Counted from the first letter of the whole stretch, positions 1 to 13,224 are shown. The stretch is 63,422 bases of DNA, filler included, from Nemertoderma westbladi (GCA_032718475.1; 4 parts of 4 records of this genome joined end to end with filler, not necessarily neighbours in it); one strand, 5' to 3'. The notes: generated from the letters alone by a model not told the origin. Program-made: numbers and translations.

Positions 1-721
1 CCCAAGTACAAAAGGGAGACCCCCCCCCCCCCCCCCAAGTACAAAAGGGAGACCCCCCCCCCAAGTACAAAAGTACTTGAAATAATTAATTCATGTTTGT
101 ATCATCAGATAATGAATTGACTAAGCCTAAAGTAGGAGCTGTATTGAATGTTAACCAATTTAATATATAAATTATCTACAATATTATATAATTCAACAAA
201 ATCCTATTAAAAATATTGCAAGTAACCAGGAAATTTAATATGTAGTGTGTATAATATCTATATAGTATGTATAGTAATATGTATATCAATATGTAATGCT
301 GAACACAGAATACAGGTCGACGCATGTCGATTTTACCCTGGAGAGGTATAATTTTGATTGCAACAATAATATTCATCCCCAACTGCTACAATTTGAAGAA
401 TACTATTACATAATAATAATACCTATAATTAAAACAATTAATTATTATAATTCTATAGTTAATAAAAACAGTCGGTAAAAACAAATCATTCGGGGGATGG
501 AATTTATAGGTCATCTAATTAATTGTTTAAAGAATAGCAAACAATACGATGTAATTGCATTGATAAAACCCATAAATAAAACTTGGATATAAAATGTAAA
601 ATCGGGATGCAAAAGATCACTTTCTGAGCTACGAAAGGAAAATTTGATACAACTTGCCTGGATACAAGCGGTCAGTTTACCTTACAAAATGAAAAATACG
701 AATGTGCGAAGTTAAGAACAG

Positions 722-812
722 TCGGGGGGGAAGTGTCCGGGGGGGGAGTGTCTGGGGGGGGGAGTGTCCGGGGGGAAAGTGTCCTACTTGGGCCGGGGGG
801 AAGTGTCCGAAC
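722..812. repeat. G-rich ~16-17-bp tandem repeat (GGGGGGAAGTGTCC)
   Basis: About five visible copies. Confidence 0.7.
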
Positions 813-892
813 ACCAATCAAACAGTACTAAATCTCCGTAGGTTAGAATTGTGTTTGTTTGAAGCTGTCGGAGTGTGTTGGATGCTTGTCCG

Positions 893-944
893 CATGGAAT
901 GCTATATAGAGATCTATATATCTCTCTCTATATAGCATTCCATG
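893..944. mobile_element. 52-bp palindromic mini-MITE with 7-bp TSD (P-superfamily-like termini)
   Basis: 20-bp TIR CATGGAATGCTATATAGAGA...TCTCTATATAGCATTCCATG, flanked by direct repeat TTGTCCG at 886-892 and 945-951. Confidence 0.7.
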
Positions 945-1419
945 TTGTCCGCCAATGTCTACTTTCACCTAGGATCACGTATCTCGCTTTTTCTGCCGTA
1001 TAAAACATTTGTTTCTAAGAGCTATTTTTCACCTGATATAAATACTTATTGCATTCTATGGAGGCCAAATATTATATTTAATAAATAAACAATATTCTAG
1101 ATCTAGAACATTTTATTTATCTATGAATAGCAACGTATTAGTAGTAATCGGGGGGGGGGGGAACTGGACGCAAATCGCGGTGAATTAATAGCCCGTCTCA
1201 ATATCAAATTCTCAATTTAGGTTACAGATGCACGTTATTCTAACCAAAACAATAAACTAAAGTCAATAGAACAGGTTACAGTAACTGTATTTTGTTGTAT
1301 TTTTGACAGTAATCATATGCTGCTAGTGTCGAAATTCCCAGGGAGTGGGATGCGTTTTTATTGTCAAAAGTCGGCTAAAAGTGCCCTATCTGGGACCCTT
1401 GCAGCTGAACAATGTAAAC

Positions 1420-3922
1420 TAGCTACTACAGTCTTGTTCACAATTAAAATCCATTCTTCAATCTGCATCAATCCGAATCAATCTACTCTCGTAGAAAAAT
1501 AATAGTTAGATTGATGAAATTGAACCTACGTTCAACTTCTTCAATCCAGACTTTCTGTCTAGATTGATCAGATTTAACAGATTGAAAATGTAGAGCCGAA
1601 GTATCCCTCTGTGCAGAGATGCCATGGGTTAGTAGGGCAGTGTAGGGCAGGGGAAGGGGAATAAAGAGCAGGGCGGCTAGGCGGGTAGACTAAGCTCTCA
1701 AAGAGCATGGCGGCTGCATCAAACAACTATAGGCCAGGCTACTAATGGGATCCAGCAAAGCCTTAGATTGATTGACAGGCACTGTAACAATACAGTTGGT
1801 GTGTGTGTGGTGTTCTACTGAATTGCAGAGTGTACTGTAGAATACTGTAGTTAAATTCCTCCTTTCCAGTTGCAGTCTATACAATGTACTGTAGATTATT
1901 TTACTTGGCTAACCGCACTATTCCCTGCATTAAATATTACAATAAACGAATAAACCCCTGGAAAAATGCTTGGTAGAATGTATCGTTCTGTATAAATAAT
2001 TTTTCAATAAATAATTGTTTATAATTAAATATAGTTATGTTAATTATTATTCAATTATTTAATTTAAATATACAAATAAAAGCATGCAAATAACACAACA
2101 AGGAATGAATAAATATAATCATAATCATTAGATCATTATAATGCAATCTCTTATATACAATATTTAATGTGCTGCATGTCCCTTAGATAGTTTATGTTTA
2201 GAAAAACCGTTCGTTATCGCTTTAGCCGCTTTAGATATTTTAAACGTTTTTATTTTTAAATAGTACATTTATTTGCTATACCATGTTAAATGTAATCAGT
2301 TAGTAAACATTTAATTTGTAATATACTGTAAATAATGCTTACTAAAATACATTTACTTTATTGGCTTGCAAGTGCCCCATAATTTATCTGATCCCTGCAT
2401 TAATCTACTCATTCAAATCAACAAACAGCTTTACTTTGTGGAGCCAACCACGACCGTCTGTCAATCACTCAGTAGGCTAGAAACTTGCGGTGCCATGAAA
2501 GAGTTTTACAGATTGAGGAAATTGAACAGATTGAACAGATTGAAGAATGGACTTTAATTGAGAACACAACTGTAGGATCGGCATGCTGCATTGCAGGTGC
2601 ATTTTTAAGAATGCTGTGCCGGCTTGTCAACAAAATTGCACCGCCACAACTCCCTATCATCCATGACATTTGCTAGATCATCCGCATCTTCAAGGCCAGT
2701 GTCCTTTAAGATGCGTCTCAAGAAAGTCATGGGCTGTCCATCATGCTTATTCACTCCATGAGGCTGCCAAAGTACAAGATTATGCACTGGCTGGTACTCA
2801 CGGCGAAAGCAATGTCCTGCAAAGCGGAGGCGATTTTGTTCTAGTGTCAAGCTTGGGGGAACCAATGAGACACCTCCAATGTTATATAGTGTCTGGTTGG
2901 AGATGTGTGCATTGTACTTGACACAATGAACCCGGCGTAGCATTCTTGTGAATGTGCCATCCAGAGATTTGGTGTCCTCAGCAGTTAGAGCCCAGCATGG
3001 ACTCCCGTAGAGGAGTACTGGAACTACTGCTGCTCTAAATAATCGGACCTTAAGTTTCCGATGAATTCTCGGTGACTTCCAAATCCTGGAAAGCCTATTC
3101 AAGGCTGCCCATGCCTTTCCCTTACGTATTCGAAGGTCCTCACCTGACTTCCGGATCCATGATCCCAGGTAACAGAAGTCGTCCACATGCTCAAGCATAC
3201 CATCCTTTGAGCTTATGCTCATCCGATCAGAGACTTGCTGAGGACTTTCAAAGTTAACTGTCAAAATTTTGGTCTTTCTGGAGTTAATAAAAAGACCAAC
3301 ACTAGAAGCAGCATGTTCTAATGAGCTGAGGAGCCGTTGGGCTCCCTCTAATGTTTCTGAGAGTACTCCTAAGTCATCAGCAAAGTCTAGATCAGTTAGG
3401 TACTTGGCAGGATTTCCTCGACTTCTGGAGCCAGTAGGTGGAGTTATCATCACCCCATCATCATTATGATGATCTAAGGACATGCGTAGAACATAGTCAA
3501 CCACAATAATGGTGCAAGTGTGTCTCCTTGGAGGACGCCCCATAACACTTCAAATGGTTCTGTGTCACCGTCAACAGTAGACACAAATGTTGTCGAACCA
3601 TCGTATACTGATCTGATTGCTGCAAAAATTTCATCAGGAATCCCATATAATGAAAGTATGCTGAACATACGTGAGCGAGAGACTGAATCAAAGGCCTTGA
3701 ATAAGTCAACAAAGATAACAGCCAGATGCCTGTCCTTCTTTTTTGATAACTCTTCAATTATCCTTCTAAGTGCCAAAATGGGCTACATAGTCCCACGACC
3801 TTTACGAAACCCATTCTGATTTCCACGGAGCAGTCTCTCAATGGGATCCCTGATGCGATTTAATATAATCTTATTGCATAGCTTTGCAGCAATCGAGATC
3901 AATGAGATTCCCCGAAAAGAAC
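1420..3922 (-). mobile_element. 5'-truncated RTE-like non-LTR retrotransposon, family A copy 1 (body 2575-3922, frameshifted RT)
   Basis: RT motifs NQNGFR, FVDLFKAFDSV, GVLQGDTLAP, DLDFADD, and C-terminal LRFAGHCFR. A 10-bp deletion near 3510 shifts the frame. TSD GAACAATGTAAAC at 1407-1419 and 3919-3931. Confidence 0.9.
1429..2572. mobile_element. Tc1/mariner-type MITE (~1.14 kb) with TA TSD, inserted in the tail of a LINE
   Basis: TA|CAGTCTTGTTCACAATTAAAATCCATTCTTCAATCTG at the left; imperfect inverse CAGATTGAAGAATGGACTTTAATTGAGAACACAACTG|TA at the right. Confidence 0.75.
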
Positions 3923-4358
3923 AATGTAAACAAAAATTAAAATTCAGGCCCACAAATTTAGGAGGAGGTAGATAGGTGGTGGAGGATTCTCATATAAATA
4001 TAATTGTCCTCGCCTGTTGTACATTAAACTGAGATAAATATACAAACTAAAACATATAATATTAATTTAAATAAATACACATTCCTATAAATATTTAAAA
4101 TTGGAATTATCGCACGATTAAAATAGAGTCGGGGTTTATTTTTTGCTAAATGTTTGCATCGGAATGTATGCGATCATCGGTCGTATGGGTTGGATACCTA
4201 AAATACAAACAAAGTCGTGACAGCCTTCTTCAAACCTATCCTGACCAAAATACTAAATGAAATGAAATACCTCAGACGATTAGCAGTAGGGAGAGGGACC
4301 TATACTAATTCAGGTAGACTAATGCATAAATAAACTACATACAATATGCTATTGAGAT

Positions 4359-5995
4359 GGTTACATTGAAAAATATCGAGACATGAAAAACATCAGCAGA
4401 AAAATAAAGGCATCGCGTGTCGAAAAATATCGATGATATCGTGAGTTCAAAAATATCGAGAGTAAAATATAGAAAGTATTTTTTTAAATCAGGGTTGTAT
4501 GATAGTTTTTTCCTAAAATGTTCTAGAACAAAAAAATGTGTTCTAGAACAAAAATATTTATCAAAATTGATAGCTAACACATCTTCTATAATATTTCTAA
4601 AAAAATAGCAAAAATTAGCTAGTATAACAAATCTGGTAAATGGGTACCCAAGGTGTATTGTATTAATGTCATTTATTTGCACTTGCACTGTTGTACCCCA
4701 TGCACTACGACTACAATATTGTGCCATCTAAATAAAATGTTCACAATATTTTTACTCTCGTTATTTTTACCCTCGTTATTTTTACTCTCGATATTTTTAC
4801 TCTCGATATTTTTAATCTCGATATTTTTACTCTCGATATTTTTACTCTCAATATTTTTTACTCTCGATATTTTTACTCTCAATATTTTTACTCTCGATAT
4901 TTTTACTCTCGATATTTTTACTCTCGATATTTTTACTCTCGATATTTTTACTCTCGATATTTTTACTCTCGATATTTTTTACTCTCGATATTTTTACTCT
5001 CGTTATTTTTACTCTCGATATTTTTACCCTCGCTCGATATTTTTACTCTCGATATTTTTACTCTCGATATTTTTACTCTCGATATTTTTACTCTCGATAT
5101 TTTTACTCTCTATATTTTTACTCTCTATATTTTTACTCTCGATATTTTTACTCTCGATATTTTTACTCTCGATATTTTTACTCTCGATATTTTTACTCTC
5201 GATATTTTTACTCTCGATATTTTTACTCTCGACATTTTTACTCTCGTTATTTTTACTCTCGATATTTTTACCCTCGTTATTTTTACTCTCGATATTTTTA
5301 CTCTCGATATTTTTACTCTCGATATTTTTACTCTCGACATTTTTACTCTCGTTATTTTTACTCACAATATTTTTTACTCTCGATATTTTTACTCTCGATA
5401 TTTTTACTCTCGATATTTTTACTCTCGATATTTTTTACTCTCGATATTTTTACTCTCGTTATTTTTACTCTCGATATTTTTACCCTCGCTCGATATTTTT
5501 ACTCTCGATATTTTTACTCTCGATATTTTTACCCTCGATATTTTTACTCTCGATATTTTTACTCTCGATATTTTTACTCTCGATATTTTTACTCTCGACA
5601 TTTTTACTCTCGTTATTTTTACTCTCGATATTTTTACCCTCGTTATTTTTACTCTCGATATTTTTACTCTCGATATTTTTACTCTAGATATTTTTACTCT
5701 CGTTAATTTTTACTCTCGTTATTTTTACTCACAATATTTTTTACTCTCGATATTTTTCACTCTCGATATTTTTACTCTCGATATTTTTTACTCTCGATAT
5801 TTTTACTATCGATATTTTTACTCTCCATATTTTCGATATTTTTACTCTCGATATTTTTACTCACGATATTTTTTACTCTACATATTTTTACTCTCCATAT
5901 TTTCGATATTTTTACTCTCGATATTTTCGATATTTTTTATCTTGCGATATTTTTATTCTCGATATTTTTTAATCGCGATATTTTTCACCAATACC
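4359..5995. mobile_element. Non-autonomous foldback-like DNA transposon with 8-bp TSD and expanded 15-bp subterminal array
   Basis: GG...CC termini. TSD ATTGAGAT at 4351-4358 and 5996-6003. Left arm has inverted AAAAATATCGAGAGT units; right arm is the long array. Confidence 0.7.
4745..5986. repeat. 15-bp minisatellite (TTTTTACTCTCGATA)n, ~80 copies
   Basis: Directly visible; it produces the SIFLL/NIESK/ISRVK pseudo-ORFs. Confidence 0.97.
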
Positions 5996-6283
5996 ATTGA
6001 GATAACGAATTTATAATAACACAATATAAAAGTAACCGCAAAAGCAACATATTAATTATTCAAGTATATTCACTTATTAATTAAAAATTGTTGGAAGTGC
6101 GTGCGCATATGTGTGACACAGTTTTAACGTTTTATTGTAGTTTTGAGGGCTTTGGGGGCTAATTGTAAATCCAATGTTTTCAATTTCTTCCAACAATTAA
6201 TTTTCTCCATGAAAATTAAAGTTTAAGCTGTATATTACTGCCATTATAATACAAAAAAATAAAATTAATAAATAAAATAAAAT

Positions 6284-7291
6284 CTAATTAATACCGCTTT
6301 GATTGTTACCGCTATTACCGATACTATCTGTTCTCTTTAATCGTCGGCAACTATTTGAACCCGATGGTTGTCTTCCAGCTGTGGGGTTGAAATCGGGGCC
6401 GTTGAACAAATCGAAGTAACCGGGGACGTAACGTCCGTAAATAAAGAATGAGAGATAAAAAACAATAGGGACGATAAGAACAGAAACACAGACGCATATC
6501 ACGGTAGGCGAGTAGCTGGAGACGAACTTACAGTTGTACTTGTATGACCATTCGCGACGAGTACGGTTCATTACATCAAATATATCGAGACATAGTTCGT
6601 TCTCTGAGCCAATCTGTTGCGTGCGAGCTGTGTAGACCCCACTAAACCGGCGATACTCTCGTCTACAAGCATCGCACACCGAGCAGTTTACTCCTTGGAC
6701 GCAGCGCCATGTGGAGGTGGACAAAGAGAAGAATTTGAAACAGTTTGAAGTCTTGTTGTGAGCGTCGTAAAGATCCTGGGTCATATTACTTATGTCTGTC
6801 CCGTTTTCGAGTACCGTAAAACAGTTATCGCAAGCAGATTTCGTCCAAAGGTCATTTATAAACGAAACGGATTGATCCATTGGGTTTATTCGATCGGCTG
6901 TGTTTATAAAGTTTAGGCAGTCCGTGTTGGATTGTATAGATTTGTAGATGGTTTTAAATACGTTGTAGTAGTTAACGCATTTGTTGCAGAATTGTATGGG
7001 GTTGGAGTTTGTTAGAACGCACCATGTGAAGTTACCAGCTATTATGGATATATCGTGAACGAGATCACGGCACGGGGCTAGCCACGGGGGTGGCGAGCTG
7101 TAGAGCTCCGCATCAGATGGATAGTTAATGGTGCCCTGGGAATGCACTTTTTCTTGGAAATGTGATGAATCATTTAAGGAATTAATAACATTATAAGGTG
7201 TCGCGAACTCGGATACTGCATTCGTATAAATGTTACGCAAACACAGAATTAGCAGTACTGTGAACCGCAGTGTATATAGAGTTATCATCAT
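6284..7291 (-). CDS. OSTM1: Osteopetrosis-associated transmembrane protein 1-like (ClC-7 beta subunit), intronless, 335 aa
   Basis: Signal peptide after ATG at 7291 (MMITLYTLRFTVLLILCL). Cys pattern and motifs FTWCVLTNSNPIQFCNKC, ADR, LWTKSACDNC, CDACRREY, LCLDIFDVMNRTRREWSYKYNC, then one TM helix ending IVFYLS. Many NxS/T sites. Confidence 0.88.
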   Translation of the reverse strand: MMITLYTLRFTVLLILCLRNIYTNAVSEFATPYNVINSLNDSSHFQEKVHSQGTINYPSDAELYSSPPPWLAPCRDLVHDISIIAGNFTWCVLTNSNPIQFCNKCVNYYNVFKTIYKSIQSNTDCLNFINTADRINPMDQSVSFINDLWTKSACDNCFTVLENGTDISNMTQDLYDAHNKTSNCFKFFSLSTSTWRCVQGVNCSVCDACRREYRRFSGVYTARTQQIGSENELCLDIFDVMNRTRREWSYKYNCKFVSSYSPTVICVCVSVLIVPIVFYLSFFIYGRYVPGYFDLFNGPDFNPTAGRQPSGSNSCRRLKRTDSIGNSGNNQSGIN

Positions 7292-7389
7292 CTTATCATT
7301 AGATTTAGCATTTAGATCACAGTTACCGGTAGGTAGTTTTGCACCGGTAGTTCTATATTCTATTCTGCTATTTAAAAGCAACTTAAATT

Positions 7390-7985
7390 GGGTGACAGAC
7401 CGAACGTAATCAGTATCGAATGTAACATAGTTTTTATGAATCGAACGTAACCTCAATTATGTTACATTGGATCCTATAACTATGTTACATTCGATCTACA
7501 AATTACTAAGCTCGAATGTAACATACATTTATTTCAGTTGTGTTTTGTTTTGTTTTGATTTCAGGAGTTAACCGATGAAATGCATCGTTTATTTACATGA
7601 AGAAACAGTTTGGTGAGTACAAAACAAAGACCCAAGACCCAATTAAGTAACCTGCATAATCTTGTAACATGTGTTAACTTTCGTTTATTGTTTTGGTTCC
7701 CCCAACACGCCTCTGTAACCTGCTCCTTTCAGCCTTTAAATAAAAGTAACCTGCATAATCTTGTAACATTTGTTAACTTTCGTTTATTGTTTTGGTTCCT
7801 CCAACACGCCTCTGTAACCTGCTCCTTTAAATCTGTAAATGGCAATGTTACATTCGGGCTTAGTAATTTGTAGATCGAATGCAACATAGTTATAGGATCC
7901 AATGTAACATAATTGCGGTTACGTTGACGTTCGATACGTAATAACTATGTTACATTCGATCCTGATTACGTTCGGTCAAGTATCC
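7390..7985. mobile_element. MITE with ~130-bp TIRs (Mutator-like) just upstream of OSTM1
   Basis: 7398-7524 is inverse to 7845-7977. GG...CC ends. Degenerate 9-bp flanks ACTTAAATT/ACTTCAAGG. Internal ~100-bp direct duplication. Confidence 0.7.
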
Positions 7986-8564
7986 ACTTCAAGGACTGCT
8001 ATACTACATAGCAGATATTGCAGAGTTGGGTGGAAGTTTGGTGTAGTTGGGTGGTATAGTTGGGTGTACAGTAGTTGGTGAAAGTTGGGTGTGGTTGGGT
8101 GTAGTTGGGTGTTTAGGCTGACCCGCTGCAGCCTGTAGTTATGTTAAACCTTTTTAAACATTACTAAATAATAAATATTAAATACATAAATATAAATCCA
8201 CTGATTTTAAAAAAAGTACATACAGTCCCAATCCCAATAAACATTAACTTGGTCGTTTTGGCGGCCAAAATGACCAAAATCGCCAAAAAAAATGTAGTGT
8301 ATTCCTATGGGCTACTTGGTCGTTTTGGCGAAGCGATTTAACTCGAGTCAGCTCAATCCAGACAGTCTGTCTCCTTGGCCATTCATTTGGTGGATCTGAC
8401 TAAATGTCGGCTCGCTTTCATTTTTATGATTGACAGATTGTTAACTTACCCGGCGCTGAGCCTTGCAGTACTGGAGTCCGCCCACTGAGGCATTGATAGA
8501 GTACACAGTCTTATAAAAGGAGTTGAATGGGGCTTCGTTAAGGGAGGAGTATGTATAATAATCT

Positions 8565-8825
8565 GAACGTCCCGAAATTAATTTATGGACATCCCGAAAT
8601 TAATTTATGGACGTCCCGAAATTAACTATATGGACGTCCCGAAATTAACTTATGGACATCCCGAAATTTACTTATGGACGTCCCAAAATTAATTTATGGA
8701 CGTCCCGAAATTAATTTATGGACGTCCCGAAATTAATCTATCAACCAATCAGAATCGTAATGAAATAACTAATTAATGGACGTCCACAAATTAATTTCGG
8801 GATGTTAATTTCGGAAATTAATTTC
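8565..8825. repeat. 22-bp tandem repeat (ACGTCCCGAAATTAATTTATGG) with an inverted copy near 8790
   Basis: About 8 direct copies visible. Confidence 0.85.
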
Positions 8826-10489
8826 AATAATATTTTTTTTTATAATAAAATTTTTTTTAAATATTTTTTTACAATGTATAATTCGCGGACACTGCGGGGT
8901 GATTACAAAACAAAGACCCAATTATAAAGACCTTCATAATCTTGTTACAGGTGTTAACTTTCGTGAATTGTTTTGAATCCCCCGTCACGCCTCTGTAACT
9001 TGCTCCTTTACTAATCTGCTCCTTTAAATAGCAATGGTACATATACATAACGCTCATTGTGACCTGTACAAAACAAAGAGGTAAAGTCGCGTTACGTCCC
9101 AAAGAGCGTTAGGTTCCAAAGAGCTTTAGGTCCCATTGCCAGCGAAGCTGCAGCGAAATTAACTCCAGCGAAACTAATTATCAATATATTAATTATATTC
9201 AACGCAGATAAACACAGATAAAACACAATAATTATTTATTACATGGGAAAAAAGTTGAAAATGTTTTCACTATTAATTTTCGAGGCATTTTATTTACCGT
9301 GTGCGAACGAGGTTAATAAAGGGTCAAGAAAATATTGAAAATAAAAATGTTCTATGTATTTTTCCCATGTGATACAGTACGCGCAATTTTATTCTTAAAG
9401 TGGTACTTTTTTTGTTAAACAAAATATATTGAACTGTAGGATTTTACTATATCTGTATATATTGCTTCCATAGTTACTCCGATTCCTATTAGGGGGTGGG
9501 GGGCATTTATTCGAGGGGGAGCTTATTCGATACAGGGTGTTAATTCAAGTAAATACGGTAATTAAAAATAAATAATTACAAGCTAATGATTATAATAATA
9601 TTTATAATATATACCAATATACAATATGAAGCAAGCCAGACAAATTATAATATTCAAGACAGTTTATTCAAGATACAGATAGTTCTAGATACAAAAGTTT
9701 GTAAATATGGACATGCAGTTTAAGTAAAGATAGAGTATAGAAGATAATTATAAAAGTCAATGTTTATTGCCGATTTCATCTGGATTTGTAGAGGTAGGTT
9801 AAAGTTGTGTTCACATTGTTACGAACGCTGTAAGTAATTGGGTTGATTACACAGTTGTACAGCCAGACAGCAGTACTGCGTACTGGAATTCTGCAACTAA
9901 TGGACCCCGCTAGCGGGGTCTGGATATTCAGTGTGCCAGTCCTGTAGTGTCCTTGATCCACTTAAATTGACGAGTGCAATAAGGGAGAAAATAAGCCAGG
10001 GATAAAATAACCGAAAAGCGCAAACCTATAATGCCATGTCAGATGTACCGGTATTCAGCATTGTGCAGTACAGATGGATCATGTGGTTACCAGAGCCGGT
10101 AGTGGTACCAGTACTTACAGGTAGACAGCACAGCGCTACAACCTATTCTGGAACCTGGTCTGGAAGTCCAGAAGATTACTACAGTACCGAGGCCATGATA
10201 TACAATCACGGCATTCTTGTCTGTATTGTATGTACTACCAGTAATAATGTTTAATTTAGATTTACTTTCCTTATGACAGTATGATGTACCGGTAATGTTT
10301 ATTTACTTTAGTTTTACTTTCGTTTTGTACTGTAGCCAATTAAACAATTCCTATTCTGATTCCGATACTACAGTAGGCCTACTACAACAACTGTACTCCG
10401 CAGTCATTTTAGATCCTATTACCGTAGTAAATACTTGAAAATATATGCATGCATATATAAGCATGAAACTATTTTGAACACGTACAGTA

Positions 10490-11032
10490 TAGGTGGACGG
10501 TGTTAAGCAAGAGGGTGTTATGCCACAAAAGTTCAATTTGAGATAATCGATGTCAAACTTTTTAACATCCTGTGTGATCGTTGTATTATCCAGATACTGT
10601 TGGTTTTTTATAAGAAAACATTTATGGAAATTGAAGTATTTTTCATGTTAGTTTTCTAGAATATACCATTATCTCCGAAATATTGATCAAAATGTGGGTT
10701 AACACTTTTGGAAAACTTCATATTTGGCAAAACGTTAAATTGTCAAAAGGTGTTTTACTTGCAAAATGATGTCAAAATAAGATGTCAAGCCACACAATTA
10801 TTATGTGGATTAAATCTTTTTTGCAATATTATTTGTGGTTTAACACTCTTTGACTAATCGCAAATCCGAACTGTGGCTTAACTTTCTTGTATTTTTAAGG
10901 CATTTCTTCGTATTATTGGGCAATAGGATCTCATAAATTAGGTAGATTACACTTTCCTCTATCGAATGATACCAAAAACTCAATTTCGAGAAAATGTGGG
11001 ATAACACCCTTTTCCATAACACCGTCCATATG
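10490..11032. mobile_element. MITE with ~50-bp imperfect TIRs and probable TA TSD
   Basis: TGGACGGTGTTAAGCAAGAGGGTGTTATGCCACA is inverse to TGTGGGATAACACCCTTTTCCATAACACCGTCCA. Confidence 0.65.
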
Positions 11033-11546
11033 TAGTTTAGTTTCCACGCCATTCATAGTGATCTCTACCACGGGTTACTAAATAGAGATCTTTATGGCGT
11101 TATAACAGGTCCTTAGGTCGCCAGATCCTGCGTCGTTAGGCTTTGTCGCCTTTTAAGTCCTGCACATCATTAGATACTGCGTTGTCATAGTGTCGTTAAA
11201 GGAAATGAGCAGGTTACAGTAATGACATGTTATTATAACCAAAACAATAAACCAGTGTCAATACTGTACTGTAACACTTGTCACAGTTGAATTTTTGTTG
11301 GTAATCAGCTGTAAAACTACTCAATAAAACTACCGTATTACGCAGAATCTAACAACGAATAATCCAATATCGCATGCTGGAGGACCACAGGATCTAACGA
11401 AGCTCTACCTGTAGTTTAGCATGATACTATTTACGTATTTTGCTTGGGTGACACAGAAATTTGATTTTAAGTTTAAACAATAAGCGCGAAATCGCGCAAA
11501 GATCCATGTCTACTAACGCATGAATTCTGCCCCCCCCCCCCCCCCC

Positions 11547-11777
11547 AGCTGCATGTTTAAGAATGCTGTGCCGGCTTGTCGACAAAATTGCGCCGCCACA
11601 ACTCCCTATCACCCATGACATTTGCTAGATCATCCGCATCTTCAAGGCCAGTGTCCTTTAAGATGCGTCTCCAGAAAAGTCATGGGCTGTCCACCATGCT
11701 TATTCACTCCATGAGGCTCAAGTAAGTCATGGGCTGTCCACCATGCTTATTCACTCCAAGAGGCTGCCAAAGCACAA
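11547..11777 (-). mobile_element. RTE-like family A, short 3' fragment with an internal ~45-bp duplication
   Basis: Near-identical to 2595-2780. Confidence 0.85.
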
Positions 11778-12639
11778 TCAGTATATACACGTTCGTGGGG
11801 CCTTCGCGCAGCACGAGGCCCAGTTATGAGATACAAATTAAAATTGAGCGACTGTATCATAAAATCAGGTATTGAGAAATTTACCCACACCACCAATCAA
11901 TCCAAGAAAGGGGGACAGTACGTGTTCACCCCTTTTAATCTCACCACCCCCCCCCCCCCCCCACCCTTCCCAACCACCAATACATAACCGAGACATCTAC
12001 CACCCACGGAAGGGTAGAACGAACTTATTTCCAATCGCACGTTCAATATGCAAAGCCAGGTGGTGTATAGGAATATAATCAACGCCGTACTCGTCTTAAT
12101 TATTATAAGCGTCGTTGCGCTCGTCCTGTTTTGTATTTAAATATATTTCCTAAACGCAGACTGGCAATCTTTATAACTATGGATACGTGCAATATGCGAA
12201 ACCAGGAATGGTTTATAGGAATATAATCAATGCAGAACGCAGTACTAAATGCAGTCGATGCAGTAATGATATTCAAATAATTAATTTAATACCAGTACCC
12301 TCTGTTAATGCCTCAGTGTAAAAACTTAGACAATTCAACTACAAAGAAATCCCATCAAAAAATAATAAGCCCAATATTTATGAGGAAAAAACAAGTATGG
12401 ATATAAATAAGCCTTCTGCAGTGGTAAAATGTTATTGACTGACATTTATTAAATGAGATCTGTCTAACACACAATAACACAATAATAGACTGAATAGTAG
12501 GGAATTCAGATTTCCATCTCGTTAGCTAGCTATGGCCAATCTGTCTACCGGCCTGTACACATTCGCATTACTTACATTCGCATTCCCATTGAAGAGCACT
12601 GGCTGTTCTACACACACCAAACATCCTTCCTATCCTATG

Positions 12640-13128
12640 TACCAGCACCGAGCCAACTTGGATGTTAACCAATAAATGAGCAGTATTTAATGAGAATCAA
12701 TTTTTTTGCCGTTTTAATTACTTTAGATCAATTAAAGACACAATTATTAAAGCAAATCACTTGAACTAATTAAAAACTATAATAGAATGGCGTATGTGGA
12801 TTACATCTGTATAATTTTTAATTATAATTATTTAAATCTTATACTGTAAAACAATTAATTTCCTTTAAAAGGCAGGTTGAAAATGGTGTTTTTACCGTAA
12901 TCAACTTAATTAACTAATTAACTGCTATTATCTTAGCTTCTCGAAGGCCACACGGAAATTCTACTTGGAAAATTTCTAAACTTTTGCCAAACAACATGTG
13001 TACCAAGTTTGGATAGATTTCATCAAAGATTGGCCGAGTTATTAACGTTTAAAATTGAACGCGACAGAACGACAGGTTGATTAATGGTACCACTACGCTA
13101 AGGCTCACTCACTTCGTGGCTCGCCCCA
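12640..13128 (+). mobile_element. Non-autonomous Helentron/HINE (DINE-1-like) element
   Basis: TGTGTACCAAGTTTGG...GGCCGAGTTAT core, GACAG repeats, terminal GCTCACTCACTTCGTGGCTCG. Boundaries approximate. Confidence 0.5.
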
Positions 13129-13224
13129 CAGTAGAGCAGTATTTTGCAGTATTGCTGTAATTGTAGGTATAAAGCCTATGCGTTAGAAAGAATTATACAG
13201 TACATAAAATCATCTTAATTGTTA

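Noticed and set aside
4653-5687. 344-aa hydrophobic ORF and the antisense NIESK ORFs
   Set aside because: Translations of the 15-bp minisatellite
7292-7456. 55-aa N-terminal extension of OSTM1
   Set aside because: Starts at a non-ATG codon inside a MITE TIR; the signal peptide begins at ATG 7291
9776-10040. Possible secreted-protein pseudogene (hydrophobic stretch then WHTEYPDP)
   Set aside because: Needs frameshifts and stop read-through; cannot be supported without a search
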